Virus record (IMG/VR): IMGVR_UViG_3300027710_000011 | Coordinates: 62,001-126,000 of that record | DNA: 64,000 nucleotides | Strand: one strand, 5' to 3' | In this document: piece by piece, positions 28,175 to 38,384 of the stretch | Layout: each line of letters begins with the position of its first letter | Numbering within the stretch: the first letter of the stretch is position 1 | Notes under the pieces: model-generated | Seen by the model: the letters and a program-made list of their open reading frames with translations, nothing else | The model's database searches: none | Told to the model about the DNA's origin: nothing | Program-made: the position numbers and the translations under genes

Positions 28175-30793
28175 ATGTTGTCTATCCTAATTAAGCGCGA
28201 CGGAACTCGCGAACCATTGATGGCAGAAAAAGTCAATGGGTGGGGTGAATGGGCGGCCGCTAATCTCGGAGATACCGTAGATTGGACTGCCGGCGTTATG
28301 AGTGCTGTGGCTTCTTTGCCCGAAGTTGCCCATAGCCAAGACTTGCAGCACGCTTTGATTCGTTACTTCTTGAATCTGGGCACGTCTGGTGGTCAGCGCA
28401 TGGCAGGACGTCTGTATGCGGCGACGGTCCACAAAGACATGTTCGGCAAAGCCTACATGCCGACGATTTGGAACGTGCATCAGCAGCTGCTCAACGCCGG
28501 CTTTATGGTCAAGCTGGATTACTCGGATGAAGAATACGCCGAGTTGCAAAGCGTGATCGATCATGAGCGCGATTTCGACTACATGCACACCCAGCTGTAT
28601 CAAATCCGCTACAAGTACTCGCTGCGCAACCAACTGACGGGTACTGAATACGAAAGCCCTCAATTCGTGTTCATGCGTATGGCCATGGCTTTGGCTGAAG
28701 ACCAACCAAAGCATCGTCGTATGAAGGATGCGAAGAAGTGGTACAACTACTTCTCCCTGAACAAGATCAACGCTCCGACGCCGAACTACACCAATCTGGG
28801 CACCAAGCTCAACGGTTACGCTTCGTGCTGTCTGTACACCGTTGATGACACTGCTGACTCTTTGGCAGTGGGCGACCACATTGCGTACAAGATGACTGTC
28901 ATGTCGGCCGGCATTGGCAACATCTTGATGACTCGCTCCATTCTGGATCCCGTGCGCGGTGGTTTGTTCAAGCATCGCGGCAAGCTGCCTTACCTGCGCT
29001 CCATGCAAGGCGCAGTCACTGCCAACGTGAAGAACGGCCGCAACGGCGCATGCACATCGTCCTTCGTGGCGTTCGATCCTGAGATCGATACGTTGCAGCA
29101 GTTGAAGAATCCCATGACGGTTTCTGACAAACAAATCCGCGGGATGGATTACAACATGCAAGGCAACAAGTTCCTTGGTCGCAAAGCAGCTGCCAATGAA
29201 GATGTGTTCTTGTTCAACATCTTCACGGCTCCTGACCTCTTTGCCGCTTTCTACGGCAAGGATCTGAACAAGTTCATCGAGCTGTACAACAAGTACGAAG
29301 CCGATCCGAACTTCAAGAAGGTTTACAAGTCCGCTCGTGAGATCATCATCAATACCGAGAACGAGGCTTACGAAACCGGCCGTGCGTACTTGTCCTTCAT
29401 GGACGAGATCAACTACCACACGCCGTACAAGGATCCGATCAACACATCCAACTTGTGTGTTGAAATCACGGAACCCACGCACGCGTACCAGAACATGATT
29501 GATCTGTACACCAACGGCCCAGTTGGTTACATCGAGATTCGTGTGATTGGCAGCGATGAGCCGATGCGCATGAAAGCCCCTGACGCCGTGTATCTGGTTG
29601 ATCACGAAGAATGGGAAGCTGCGCAGAACCTGATTCCTGGCGTGATGTTCCGTAAGCTCGGCGAAGATCGTGTTTACACGGTGACCGAGATTATCGACGT
29701 CAAGAAAGAACCTGAAGTGGCCATGTGCTCTTTGGGTGCCATCGTCAAACCCAATGTGACTGACGACGAATACGAGGACGTGATGTATTACACGCTCCTC
29801 ATGATCGACAAGTGCATTCACAAGTCCGATTACCCGCTGGCTCACGTCGGCTACACCGCCAAGGCTCGTATGGCTGCCGGTGTGGGGATCATGAGTTTGG
29901 CTCACCATCTGGCGAAGCTGGGTCTGGACTATACCGGCGAAGCTGGTAAGCGTGAAATCCACAAGGTGTTCGAAACGCACATGTACTACGCTATCCGTGC
30001 TTCTTTGAAGCTGGGTAAAGAGCTGGGCAATGCACCGTGGATCCACCGTACCAAGTGGGCTGAAGGTTGGGTTCCTACTCATACGGCCAACAAGCGTGTT
30101 CAGGAGATCGTTCCTGGCGGCTTTGTCAAGCAGTACGACTGGGATGCGCTGAGCAAAGAGATCAAGGCTAACGGCGGTATCCGCAACTCTGCCTTGGTTG
30201 CACACATGCCTGGCGAATCCAGCTCCAAAGCGTCTGGTGGTCTGAACAGCGTGTACCCTGCACGCGATACGTCCCTCATCAAGACGGACAACGACATCAC
30301 GACGTACTGGACTGTTCCGGACAGCAGCTTGTATTACCAACCGGCATGGGAAGTTCCGACCAAGGACATGATCGAAGATTACTCGATCATGCAACTTTGG
30401 ACCGACCAAGCTATCTCGGCAGACGAATATCGCAAGATCGAAGGTGCTGAGAAGGTCGGCACCGATGAGATGTTGCAGAACTACTTCCTTCGTTGCAAGT
30501 ACGGCCAGAAGACTCGTTACTACATGAACACCAAGACTTCCAAAGCGGTCAAGCTCGATCGCGCAGAAACTGCGTGTGGTGTAGAAACGAGTACCAGTGG
30601 CGTTCATGTGGAGAACATGATTGCTGAGTCCAAAGAAAACTGGAACGGCGGTCCTGTTCATGAAGGCTGGGCAAGTAACGATGCTCCTGCGCCGGACATC
30701 GCGCATCGTCCACCGACAATTAGTAGCGGTGACGATAGCGTCTACAACACAGAAGCTTCGGCTGGCTGCGAAGGCGGCTTCTGCAGTCTGTAA
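28175..30793 (+). CDS. nrdA: Ribonucleotide reductase class Ia alpha subunit
   Basis: PTP, YASCCLY, SNLCVE, AMCSLG, GVGIMS, HMPGESSS, KTRYY and C-terminal CEGGFC. Confidence 0.96.
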   Translation: MLSILIKRDGTREPLMAEKVNGWGEWAAANLGDTVDWTAGVMSAVASLPEVAHSQDLQHALIRYFLNLGTSGGQRMAGRLYAATVHKDMFGKAYMPTIWNVHQQLLNAGFMVKLDYSDEEYAELQSVIDHERDFDYMHTQLYQIRYKYSLRNQLTGTEYESPQFVFMRMAMALAEDQPKHRRMKDAKKWYNYFSLNKINAPTPNYTNLGTKLNGYASCCLYTVDDTADSLAVGDHIAYKMTVMSAGIGNILMTRSILDPVRGGLFKHRGKLPYLRSMQGAVTANVKNGRNGACTSSFVAFDPEIDTLQQLKNPMTVSDKQIRGMDYNMQGNKFLGRKAAANEDVFLFNIFTAPDLFAAFYGKDLNKFIELYNKYEADPNFKKVYKSAREIIINTENEAYETGRAYLSFMDEINYHTPYKDPINTSNLCVEITEPTHAYQNMIDLYTNGPVGYIEIRVIGSDEPMRMKAPDAVYLVDHEEWEAAQNLIPGVMFRKLGEDRVYTVTEIIDVKKEPEVAMCSLGAIVKPNVTDDEYEDVMYYTLLMIDKCIHKSDYPLAHVGYTAKARMAAGVGIMSLAHHLAKLGLDYTGEAGKREIHKVFETHMYYAIRASLKLGKELGNAPWIHRTKWAEGWVPTHTANKRVQEIVPGGFVKQYDWDALSKEIKANGGIRNSALVAHMPGESSSKASGGLNSVYPARDTSLIKTDNDITTYWTVPDSSLYYQPAWEVPTKDMIEDYSIMQLWTDQAISADEYRKIEGAEKVGTDEMLQNYFLRCKYGQKTRYYMNTKTSKAVKLDRAETACGVETSTSGVHVENMIAESKENWNGGPVHEGWASNDAPAPDIAHRPPTISSGDDSVYNTEASAGCEGGFCSL

Positions 30794-30841
30794 CCAACCG
30801 GGAGGGCCTGAGTGCCCTCCCACCTCTGAGATACCACAAGC

Positions 30842-31948
30842 ATGTTAGAAAAATCAATCTTCAACATTGGTAAGTCCGATTACCGTGGCCATCCCAGTTT
30901 GTTCCTGGGTCAAGAAGCAGGTCTCTTCGACACTGTGAACAAACAGTTCCCAAAGGTTTGGGATAACTACAAGAACATGAAGTCCCTTGACTGGGACGAG
31001 CTTGAATTCGATTTCAAGTCATGCAATACTGAGTTCAAGTCACGTCCTGCAGGAATGACTCGTCGGATGATCAGCACGCTGGGCTGGCAATGGGAAGGTG
31101 ATTCCGTTGCATCCCGTACCGTGCTGCCTATCATGGCACCTTTCATCTCTGCCCCGGAGTTGCAAGCTGCTTGGGGTCGCATCACTGATAATGAAGTGCT
31201 GCACGCTGCCACCTATTCGGAAATCGTTCGCTACTCGTTCGATAACCCGCATGAAGTGCTCACTGAAGTCTTGAAGATCAAGGAATCTCTGTCGCGTTTG
31301 AAGACCGTTTCTGACGTGATGGCCAAGGTCTATCGTGTTTCTCACGAATACGCATTGGGCATGCGTGAGAACAATCAAGACACGTACAACCACATCTACC
31401 TCTTTGTGGTTGCGCTGTTGTGCTTGGAACGCATTCAGTTCATGGGTTCGTTCGCAATCACCTTCGCTATTGGTGAAGTCGGTGCGTTCATGCCTATCGT
31501 GAAAGCTGTTCAGCGTATCGCTCAAGATGAGCTGGAAGTTCACGTTGATCTGAACAAGATCATTTTGGCCAACGAGCACAAGACTGAACGCGGTCGCATT
31601 GCTCGTAAGGAAACTCTGTCACAAGTCCGCGCAATGGTTCGCGAATGCTTGGGTGCAGAACAAGCCTGGGTGGACTACCAAGATCTGGATCACGATCCCC
31701 TCGTGGGTCTGAATGGTCGTTTGCTGCGCGAATGGAACTGCTTGTCGGCTGGCGACGTCTACGACTCTTTGGAACTCCTGCCTGATTCGGATCTGGTGAT
31801 CCCGAAGAAGAACCCAATTGGCTTCATGACCAACTGGCTGGACATGTCCAAGACGCAAGCTGCTGTGCAAGAACAGCAGAACGCGCAGTACAAGGTCAAC
31901 GTCATCACTCGCAATGATGATGGTAAGATCTACGCTGGTGATTTCTGA
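30842..31948 (+). CDS. nrdB: Ribonucleotide reductase class Ia beta subunit
   Basis: WEGDS, DNEVLHAATY, LERIQFMGSF and QDELEVH di-iron and tyrosyl motifs. Confidence 0.95.
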   Translation: MLEKSIFNIGKSDYRGHPSLFLGQEAGLFDTVNKQFPKVWDNYKNMKSLDWDELEFDFKSCNTEFKSRPAGMTRRMISTLGWQWEGDSVASRTVLPIMAPFISAPELQAAWGRITDNEVLHAATYSEIVRYSFDNPHEVLTEVLKIKESLSRLKTVSDVMAKVYRVSHEYALGMRENNQDTYNHIYLFVVALLCLERIQFMGSFAITFAIGEVGAFMPIVKAVQRIAQDELEVHVDLNKIILANEHKTERGRIARKETLSQVRAMVRECLGAEQAWVDYQDLDHDPLVGLNGRLLREWNCLSAGDVYDSLELLPDSDLVIPKKNPIGFMTNWLDMSKTQAAVQEQQNAQYKVNVITRNDDGKIYAGDF

Positions 31949-31964
31949 CCAAAAAATAAAGATC

Positions 31965-31996
31965 ATAAAGGAGGAGCCCTTGGGCTCCTCCTTTAT
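31965..31996. terminator. Terminator between convergent genes
   Basis: ATAAAGGAGGAGCCC-tt-GGGCTCCTCCTTTAT. Confidence 0.85.
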
Positions 31997-32012
31997 TTTG
32001 TCGCTACTTAGT

Positions 32013-33800
32013 TCAATCCGGAATGTAATCAACGGCGTTCAAGACGCCTTTGATCAAACTGAACATAAACACAGCGCGCAGGCCGCAGCTCAAGAGGTCT
32101 GTCTTCAAACATTCCATCAACCGACCTCCTGTGATACGCGAGAAGTCGGAAATGGTTTTGACACCAATCTCGTCCAGCTGCGCAAAGTTAGCAGCGTACT
32201 GAACCGGCATATCGAAGATGTCGACCATCGGCATGCTCAGCGGAATCACATCCTTCGAAAGCGAAGGCTTGATTGGAAACGGCGTAATGAAACGTATGTC
32301 TTCCTTAAACGTGTAACCTTTATTCTTGATACGTCTAACAACGCAGTCAGCAGCCTCCATAGACAGACCCGACGCGATCATGAAAGTAGTCTCGTTCAAA
32401 CCGATGATGCTGCCAATCGATATAAAACTTCTGCTTACCAGATGCGAAGTCACACCGTCAGGCAGATTCAACTGATTTATCGGACGCAACCCAAGTGGAC
32501 GCGTGTCAGGCGTCTGAGTTGGTTCACGGTCTTGCTTGCGCAAGACCGAGTTCGCAGCCAGGCTTTCAAGACGCATCTCTGACTCACCGACACTTCGCAC
32601 TGGCGCTGCGCGCAAGAACGGATTGACGGTTTCCGTAGCCTTACTTACCAAGTCGGTTTCGCCAATGATGACATTGACCGGAACCCCGGAGCGCTGATGC
32701 AAATACGAACACTTATCCCCCGTCATCGGCAGATTCTTGAGCAGAGATTTTCCAGCATCAGTGATGATGCGTAGCGCTGCTTCAACATGACTCGGTGTTA
32801 CGTCCGAGTCTATTTGCAGATGATCAAGGATGGCGTCCAGCAGTTTCTTCTTCTGACGGAAGTTAGTCAGAAGATCTTGACTGCTACATTCGGCAGCTTG
32901 ACGCTTAGCATTTTCTGCCTGTTTAGCATACATGCCGTGTGGCGTTTGCATCCGGGTGCGCAAACGTTTGGTTGCTTCGATCTGCTGCGCCTGCATGAAC
33001 CATAAGTCCATAAAGCCAGTACTTTCAGGAGGGCGAACAACGGCAGCGGCGCGTGCTTCAGTTTCTTGCGCAATTATATTCATCACACGCCCGACATGAT
33101 CAGCGCTTTTGTTTGCCGTACTGACAACGATCTTCGGCGCCAAAGCGTTTTGTAAGTGATTGGCCAAAGCTACGTTCATTTGACTCAGAACAGAGCGCAC
33201 CTCAGCCGGCATGTCGTTCCAGCAAGTAATGGTCACGATGTCCTTGCTTTGGATCAACCTCTTATCAACCATCTGTACTTGCGCTGTACGAAAGGCTCTC
33301 TCTATGTTTTCATACTTAGGAGAACTAACGTAATGGCTCACGAAGCGATTCGCCAAATCGTGATACAGCTGGATAGTCCAAACGGGTTTGTTCTTAGCCA
33401 CAGCGTCTTCCTTTACGGCCTTTGGAGCCTTTGTTTTTGCCGGTGATGGAGTTGCGTTTGCCTTGACTGTTTTGGTTTTCTGATGGTGCTCCTTCAGTAC
33501 TTTACTGGCGCGAGCACCCAATCTTCCTTTCCACACATCCGTCTTGTACTTTGTTTTGTACTCACGCATCTCGTTGAAGTACGAAGCGTAGAGTTCCTTG
33601 CTAATGGGTTTTGGCGCATGACACAGCGCCTTGATCGTAACTCGGTGATCTTTGTGCAAGATTCCGAGTTTAATCATGTCGTCTTGTGCGAGGTTGAACG
33701 CATCCTGAATAATTAAGTCAGGTTTTGCTTTCACCTTTTCCACGAAAAGACGAGCACAAGCTTTCACTGCACCTTCTGTCCATTTTTGGATATTAGACAT
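32013..33800 (-). CDS. Multidomain protein with C-terminal RNA polymerase alpha-CTD-like domain(s)
   Basis: LRPINQLNL....SHL....FISIGSI......MIASGLS.EAAD.V..RIKNKG aligns with RpoA CTD. Confidence 0.6.
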   Translation of the reverse strand: MSNIQKWTEGAVKACARLFVEKVKAKPDLIIQDAFNLAQDDMIKLGILHKDHRVTIKALCHAPKPISKELYASYFNEMREYKTKYKTDVWKGRLGARASKVLKEHHQKTKTVKANATPSPAKTKAPKAVKEDAVAKNKPVWTIQLYHDLANRFVSHYVSSPKYENIERAFRTAQVQMVDKRLIQSKDIVTITCWNDMPAEVRSVLSQMNVALANHLQNALAPKIVVSTANKSADHVGRVMNIIAQETEARAAAVVRPPESTGFMDLWFMQAQQIEATKRLRTRMQTPHGMYAKQAENAKRQAAECSSQDLLTNFRQKKKLLDAILDHLQIDSDVTPSHVEAALRIITDAGKSLLKNLPMTGDKCSYLHQRSGVPVNVIIGETDLVSKATETVNPFLRAAPVRSVGESEMRLESLAANSVLRKQDREPTQTPDTRPLGLRPINQLNLPDGVTSHLVSRSFISIGSIIGLNETTFMIASGLSMEAADCVVRRIKNKGYTFKEDIRFITPFPIKPSLSKDVIPLSMPMVDIFDMPVQYAANFAQLDEIGVKTISDFSRITGGRLMECLKTDLLSCGLRAVFMFSLIKGVLNAVDYIPD

Positions 33801-33942
33801 GGTTGTATCTCCTTTTAGTTAAAATTTAAGAAAGTCTCAATTCACGCTCGTAATAGGTAATAGAAGTGAAACGTATTACGAGTATAAACAAAAACAAAGA
33901 ATAAAAGGAGGGAGTAATTCCCTCCTTTTATAACGTCTTATC

Positions 33943-34608
33943 TTAGACGTTGCCGTAACCCAGCTTGCGCCAGCGCTCGATGATCGAGTTTTCGAGCAAG
34001 TCATGCAACTTGTCCGAGTCGTTCAGATGAGCCGATGAGAACATCGTCAGTTTGTTGCTATCGTTGGCACCGATATTTGCGACGGCGTATACAGCAGCAG
34101 CAGAGACGGTGTTCTCGTCCAACTTTAGGAAATGGTGCTGGATAAATTTGCCGTCCTTGTTCGCCATCGTGATGGTGAAGCCAGGGTTCTTGAATTCAGA
34201 ACTGCTCTTGACCGGGTCATCCATGTTGATGATGGTTGTGACGCCCACGTAGTTCCCCTTGTGAGGATCTGGCTTTGGCAAGTACGAAGTCACAATCTTT
34301 TCCAGCGACGACATCAGGCGCTCGCGGAAGCGACGAGCGTTTTCTTGCTTGCCTTGGTTGTCATGCCTCACTGGTGTAGCAAAGAACAACTTGACTGCCG
34401 CTGCGAGACTTGCGATCTTGGGATCAGTGATGACGTCGTTATCGCCGTTGATGGCGTTGACAACTTCCAGCGTGATGTTATTTGCTTCGAACTGCATCAT
34501 CTCACGACCATTCGGCCAAGATAACGTGATCATGCCTGTGATGTAGGCGCGAATATGTTCGATGTCTTCTTTGGCGATGACGTATTTGATTGCTGGGAAC
34601 AAATCCAT
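33943..34608 (-). CDS. Hypothetical protein
   Basis: 221-aa ORF downstream of a GTGATATGT motif. Confidence 0.75.
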   Translation of the reverse strand: MDLFPAIKYVIAKEDIEHIRAYITGMITLSWPNGREMMQFEANNITLEVVNAINGDNDVITDPKIASLAAAVKLFFATPVRHDNQGKQENARRFRERLMSSLEKIVTSYLPKPDPHKGNYVGVTTIINMDDPVKSSSEFKNPGFTITMANKDGKFIQHHFLKLDENTVSAAAVYAVANIGANDSNKLTMFSSAHLNDSDKLHDLLENSIIERWRKLGYGNV

Positions 34609-34717
34609 GGTGATTCCTCTTTTTTACTGGTCTAGGACTGGTTATGTCCTGTTAGTGATATGTGTCTTCAAATTTTTTAATAGGGGAGTAGGGGAGTCCT
34701 AGGACTCCCCTACTTTC

Positions 34718-34963
34718 TTACGCCGTTACTTCTCTGCACTTGCCTTTGACTGCTTCAAAGATAACGTCATCGTCGGGACCTAGGAAAAGGAAACCCGCGT
34801 GATAATCACTCGAGTGATCTTCCCATGCACTGTGCGCTTCTTCCATCGAAATGGAATAACCGCGCACGGCACATATCTCGACAATACGACCAGCGTCTTC
34901 CAAGTCCACATCCGAAAGACATGCGGGCTCGTGATACGCTAAACGCTTCTTCAGATCAGCCAC
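34718..34963 (-). CDS. Hypothetical protein
   Basis: 81-aa acidic ORF. Confidence 0.65.
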   Translation of the reverse strand: MADLKKRLAYHEPACLSDVDLEDAGRIVEICAVRGYSISMEEAHSAWEDHSSDYHAGFLFLGPDDDVIFEAVKGKCREVTA

Positions 34964-36488
34964 CGTTGCTGGCCTTCAGCAGGCTGACCACGTCACGACC
35001 ACCAGTGGTGATGGTTCCGAGGTAAGTTGCCAGACCGGTGTTGAAGTTCACTTCAATGTACAAGACATTGCTGTTGGCAGTGTTGGTCACGGTCGCGTAA
35101 GCGCGATCGCTGAACATCTGGAAGCCGCTGGGAATGTAGCCCAGTGTGTCCAGATTCACCTTCACCAGATTGCCAGAGCTCAGATCTTGACGGATGAAGT
35201 TATTCATCGGCGCAGTCACGCAGTAAGCAAAGCCGGCCGAAACACGCGAGTACTTCGGCGAGACGCTCATCGGCGTGATCATTTCCAACACGTCACCAGC
35301 GTACGGCAAGTCCCACTTGTAGGTGGTAGGTGCCGCATAGATCGAGCTTTGCTGGGCCTTGGAGTAGTCCCAGTAGTTGCAGCGATCACCACCGATCACA
35401 GTGCCGCTGCGACCAGCGAAGCGAGTCATCGACTGCGGAGCTTGCACGTTCTTAGCCCAAGGCGCGGAGACGCCGTTGACCACGTCGACCACGGAGTTCG
35501 TGCCGTTTTGATAGGCAATGAATTCCTTGGCATCGCTCAGGACAATGCTGGTCGTGCAAGGCGTGCCGACGTTCTGGTTTGCATCGCGGATGATCTTGAA
35601 GGCGGTGTCACCCTTCTTGTAAATCATCAGGCCAGCGAACTGGCTTGCGTTGCCCACCAGATAGGTGCCGTCATAGGCCAGTTGGCCGCTGAAGTTGCCG
35701 GCCTTGCTGCACACAGGTTGCGTTGTCGCAGTCAGGTCAACACGTGCCACGCCGCCCTTGTTGTCGATCTGCAGTTCGCGAACCAGACCAGTGCTCTTGC
35801 TCAGATAGATCGCGTTGGACGAGGTGTTGAAACCTTCATCGCCCGCAGGGATCATGTCCGAGATGTCGCCGATCACGTCTTGGTTCAGAGCCACAGCTTG
35901 GCCGGTGGTGCCAAAGACCACGTAGTCGCCGGTGGTGTAGGTCAGGTTGCAGCTGGCGTCCACAGACGTGGGCACCGACATGTTGACCAGGGCATTTTGG
36001 TTGCCCATGTCCAACCACCACACGCTGTTGATCTTCACGCCGACGTTGGTGAAGTCGCACTTGACCTTGGATGCATCAGCCGTTGCGAACACAGGCGCCA
36101 TCGAGCCCAGCTTGCCACCTTGACCCAGCTTGGCAGACAGTTGCTGCGTAGCAGGAATGTTGGCAGGTGGGTAGGCCGGTTGGCACAGAGCCCCGCAGGC
36201 TTCAGCGTAGGCATTGCCGACCACGATGGTAGAGCTCTTGTTGAGGAAACGCTCCAGACGGTCCATCATCAAGGCCCCGACCTTTTGAGTGGGAGCCGTG
36301 GTGGCCAGAACGTCCTTGGTGCCCAAGCTCAGACCGGTCAGCGAGATGGCTTGTGGTCCAACAGGCGTCACAGGCGCAACAGGATCGGGCGTGTTGGGTG
36401 TGGAAGATCCGCCGCCTCCGCCGCCACCGCAAGCGGTGAGGACAATGGCTGCAGCAGCGATCAGAGAAGAATTGAAATGCTTTTTCAT
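34956..36488 (-). CDS. Large lipoprotein (possible beta-propeller)
   Basis: MKK..lipobox LTAC followed by poly-Gly and a Pro linker; beta-rich body. Confidence 0.8.
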   Translation of the reverse strand: MKKHFNSSLIAAAAIVLTACGGGGGGGSSTPNTPDPVAPVTPVGPQAISLTGLSLGTKDVLATTAPTQKVGALMMDRLERFLNKSSTIVVGNAYAEACGALCQPAYPPANIPATQQLSAKLGQGGKLGSMAPVFATADASKVKCDFTNVGVKINSVWWLDMGNQNALVNMSVPTSVDASCNLTYTTGDYVVFGTTGQAVALNQDVIGDISDMIPAGDEGFNTSSNAIYLSKSTGLVRELQIDNKGGVARVDLTATTQPVCSKAGNFSGQLAYDGTYLVGNASQFAGLMIYKKGDTAFKIIRDANQNVGTPCTTSIVLSDAKEFIAYQNGTNSVVDVVNGVSAPWAKNVQAPQSMTRFAGRSGTVIGGDRCNYWDYSKAQQSSIYAAPTTYKWDLPYAGDVLEMITPMSVSPKYSRVSAGFAYCVTAPMNNFIRQDLSSGNLVKVNLDTLGYIPSGFQMFSDRAYATVTNTANSNVLYIEVNFNTGLATYLGTITTGGRDVVSLLKASNGG

Positions 36489-36557
36489 GATGATTCCTAG
36501 AAGTCGAATTGAATGGAGAAACAAAAGAGAAGGGAGGGTTAGACCCTCCTCTAAGTT

Positions 36558-37853
36558 TTAATGAGCAGTCAGCGCAGCCAGCTCTTGGGATGCGATGTTA
36601 CGCAGAGCCGAGATAGCGCCAGTGATGCGGCAAAGACGCACGGTGCGGCCATTGTTCTTGGCTTTGTCCACACCCTTTCTAGCCAGATCTTCGTGAGCGT
36701 GCGAAATGAAGCGCACCATCATGAAAACAACGTCTGCGTTGGACGTGTGTTCCACAATCTGGTTTCCAGAGTCATCTGGTTCCAACATCACTAGATCAAA
36801 CTTGCCGTCAAGAGCCTTGCGCGCACGGTCTTGTTCGCGCTTGAACAGACAGACGACCACGGCCTTGGGTTTCTTAACCGGCTTCACTGCCTCAGGCTTC
36901 AGATCCGAAACAATGTTCGGCTTCTTTGCAAAAGGCATGATCGGAACGATATCTACCAGCGCTTTCGCAGCGGGAGTAGGAGTGATATCGATTACCGACT
37001 TGGTTTCCACGATGGCAGGAACTGGAGCAGGTGCCGGAGCTGACACGACCGGCGCCGCTGCTGTCGCGTGTTCCAGATAGCTGTTGAGATCAGCCGAGAG
37101 CTTTTCGTACTTGATCATCAGTGTCTTGATGACGTCGTCTTGAGACAGCACCAGTTCTTCGAGCTCGCTGATGCGTGCAGACAACTTGCTGTTGTCTGCA
37201 CTTGACTGACGATGAGCGGACGAATGCTCTTCATGGATGACGCGACTGACCTCAGCCATCTGAGGTTGTGCCTTGGGCTTCTTGGTCTTGATGACGTGAA
37301 GCGATTGCGATGGCTGCACAAACACAGTGTGCTGGACTGGCTTGTACAACCGGCCACGAAGGTGCTTCACAGCACCATATTCCACCAGATTGTGGGAAGG
37401 CGTCATGCGGTCATTGCCTTGTATGTCACACAGAACCAAGTTACCTTCCGCAGGATCTTCCGCCACCCGCTCGTGACTGGCTTTGACAGCTGTCAGCAAG
37501 TGCTCTTGCGTTGACTGGTCATGAGCAGGTGCTTGCGCAGGCATGGCTGTAGCGAAAGACGGTGAGACCATACCCGACTTGATCTTTCTGTTGGAATTGC
37601 GACCGCCTTGAGTCTTGCTTTCGCGTATTTCCGTGTATACGTCAAGGTGGTTAGTCTTAAACGCTTCCAGCAGATCGCCGCGCATGTCGGACAGGCCACG
37701 CCAAACACGCGTGTTATTTGCCTCAATGTCACCGTCATCGAGCAGTTGTTTTTGCGCGTCGTGCATCAATTGACTTTGCGATGCTGTGCTATCTTCTTTG
37801 TACTTATTGACCAGCAGCGCGACGAACTTCTTGCAAATTTCCTTAGACCACAT
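36558..37853 (-). CDS. Protein with C-terminal DUF2325-like domain
   Basis: ADVVFMMVRFISHA....A.K motif; Pro/Ala linker; N-terminus resembles repeats in 32013..33800. Confidence 0.6.
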   Translation of the reverse strand: MWSKEICKKFVALLVNKYKEDSTASQSQLMHDAQKQLLDDGDIEANNTRVWRGLSDMRGDLLEAFKTNHLDVYTEIRESKTQGGRNSNRKIKSGMVSPSFATAMPAQAPAHDQSTQEHLLTAVKASHERVAEDPAEGNLVLCDIQGNDRMTPSHNLVEYGAVKHLRGRLYKPVQHTVFVQPSQSLHVIKTKKPKAQPQMAEVSRVIHEEHSSAHRQSSADNSKLSARISELEELVLSQDDVIKTLMIKYEKLSADLNSYLEHATAAAPVVSAPAPAPVPAIVETKSVIDITPTPAAKALVDIVPIMPFAKKPNIVSDLKPEAVKPVKKPKAVVVCLFKREQDRARKALDGKFDLVMLEPDDSGNQIVEHTSNADVVFMMVRFISHAHEDLARKGVDKAKNNGRTVRLCRITGAISALRNIASQELAALTAH

Positions 37854-37926
37854 GATCTATCCTCTACCTAGTTAAGAAACAAAATAAGACTGGGAGCGAG
37901 TGCTCCCAGTCTATGCCGACATCGGC

Positions 37927-38349
37927 TCAGAAACGAATGAACACCAGCTCGCAATAGCGACCGTCTTCAGGACCCAGTTCCTTGAAGATGAGTTTGATTC
38001 TGGGTGCAGCGATCTCGATATGGTACTCCAGCTCGCCCTTCTCATTCATCGAACGCGAGAGCGTAATAGAAGTACCTGCTGTATTGGCCAGGAAGTCCAT
38101 CTTGGCCGCTTCGACCAAGGGGTATTCCATATCTGCCAATGTTAGCAAATGCCCGCAGATTTGCGCACAGATGCTTTCCAGCTCCAAATCGCAATCCAAC
38201 GTCACCCGGCCCAGCATGTTGTACGTGCTGAACGTCAGGTACTTCGGCCCTGCAGCAATGCTCAGACTGGGATGTTCACCCAAGTATCGGAGCAACTTCT
38301 TCAACTCGACCACACATTCAAAGTGCGGTGTAATGATTTCAACAGCCAT
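37927..38349 (-). CDS. Hypothetical protein
   Basis: ORF with RBS GGAGG. Confidence 0.7.
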   Translation of the reverse strand: MAVEIITPHFECVVELKKLLRYLGEHPSLSIAAGPKYLTFSTYNMLGRVTLDCDLELESICAQICGHLLTLADMEYPLVEAAKMDFLANTAGTSITLSRSMNEKGELEYHIEIAAPRIKLIFKELGPEDGRYCELVFIRF

Positions 38350-38384
38350 GACGGCCTCCTTTTCTTGACAACAATGTCAATAGA

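Noticed and set aside
28187-30823. 878-aa minus-strand ORF
   Set aside because: Antisense shadow of nrdA caused by codon bias; no motifs. The same applies to 25327..27120, 22897..24384, 35187..36500, 9046..9897, 55010..55966 and 56132..57010.
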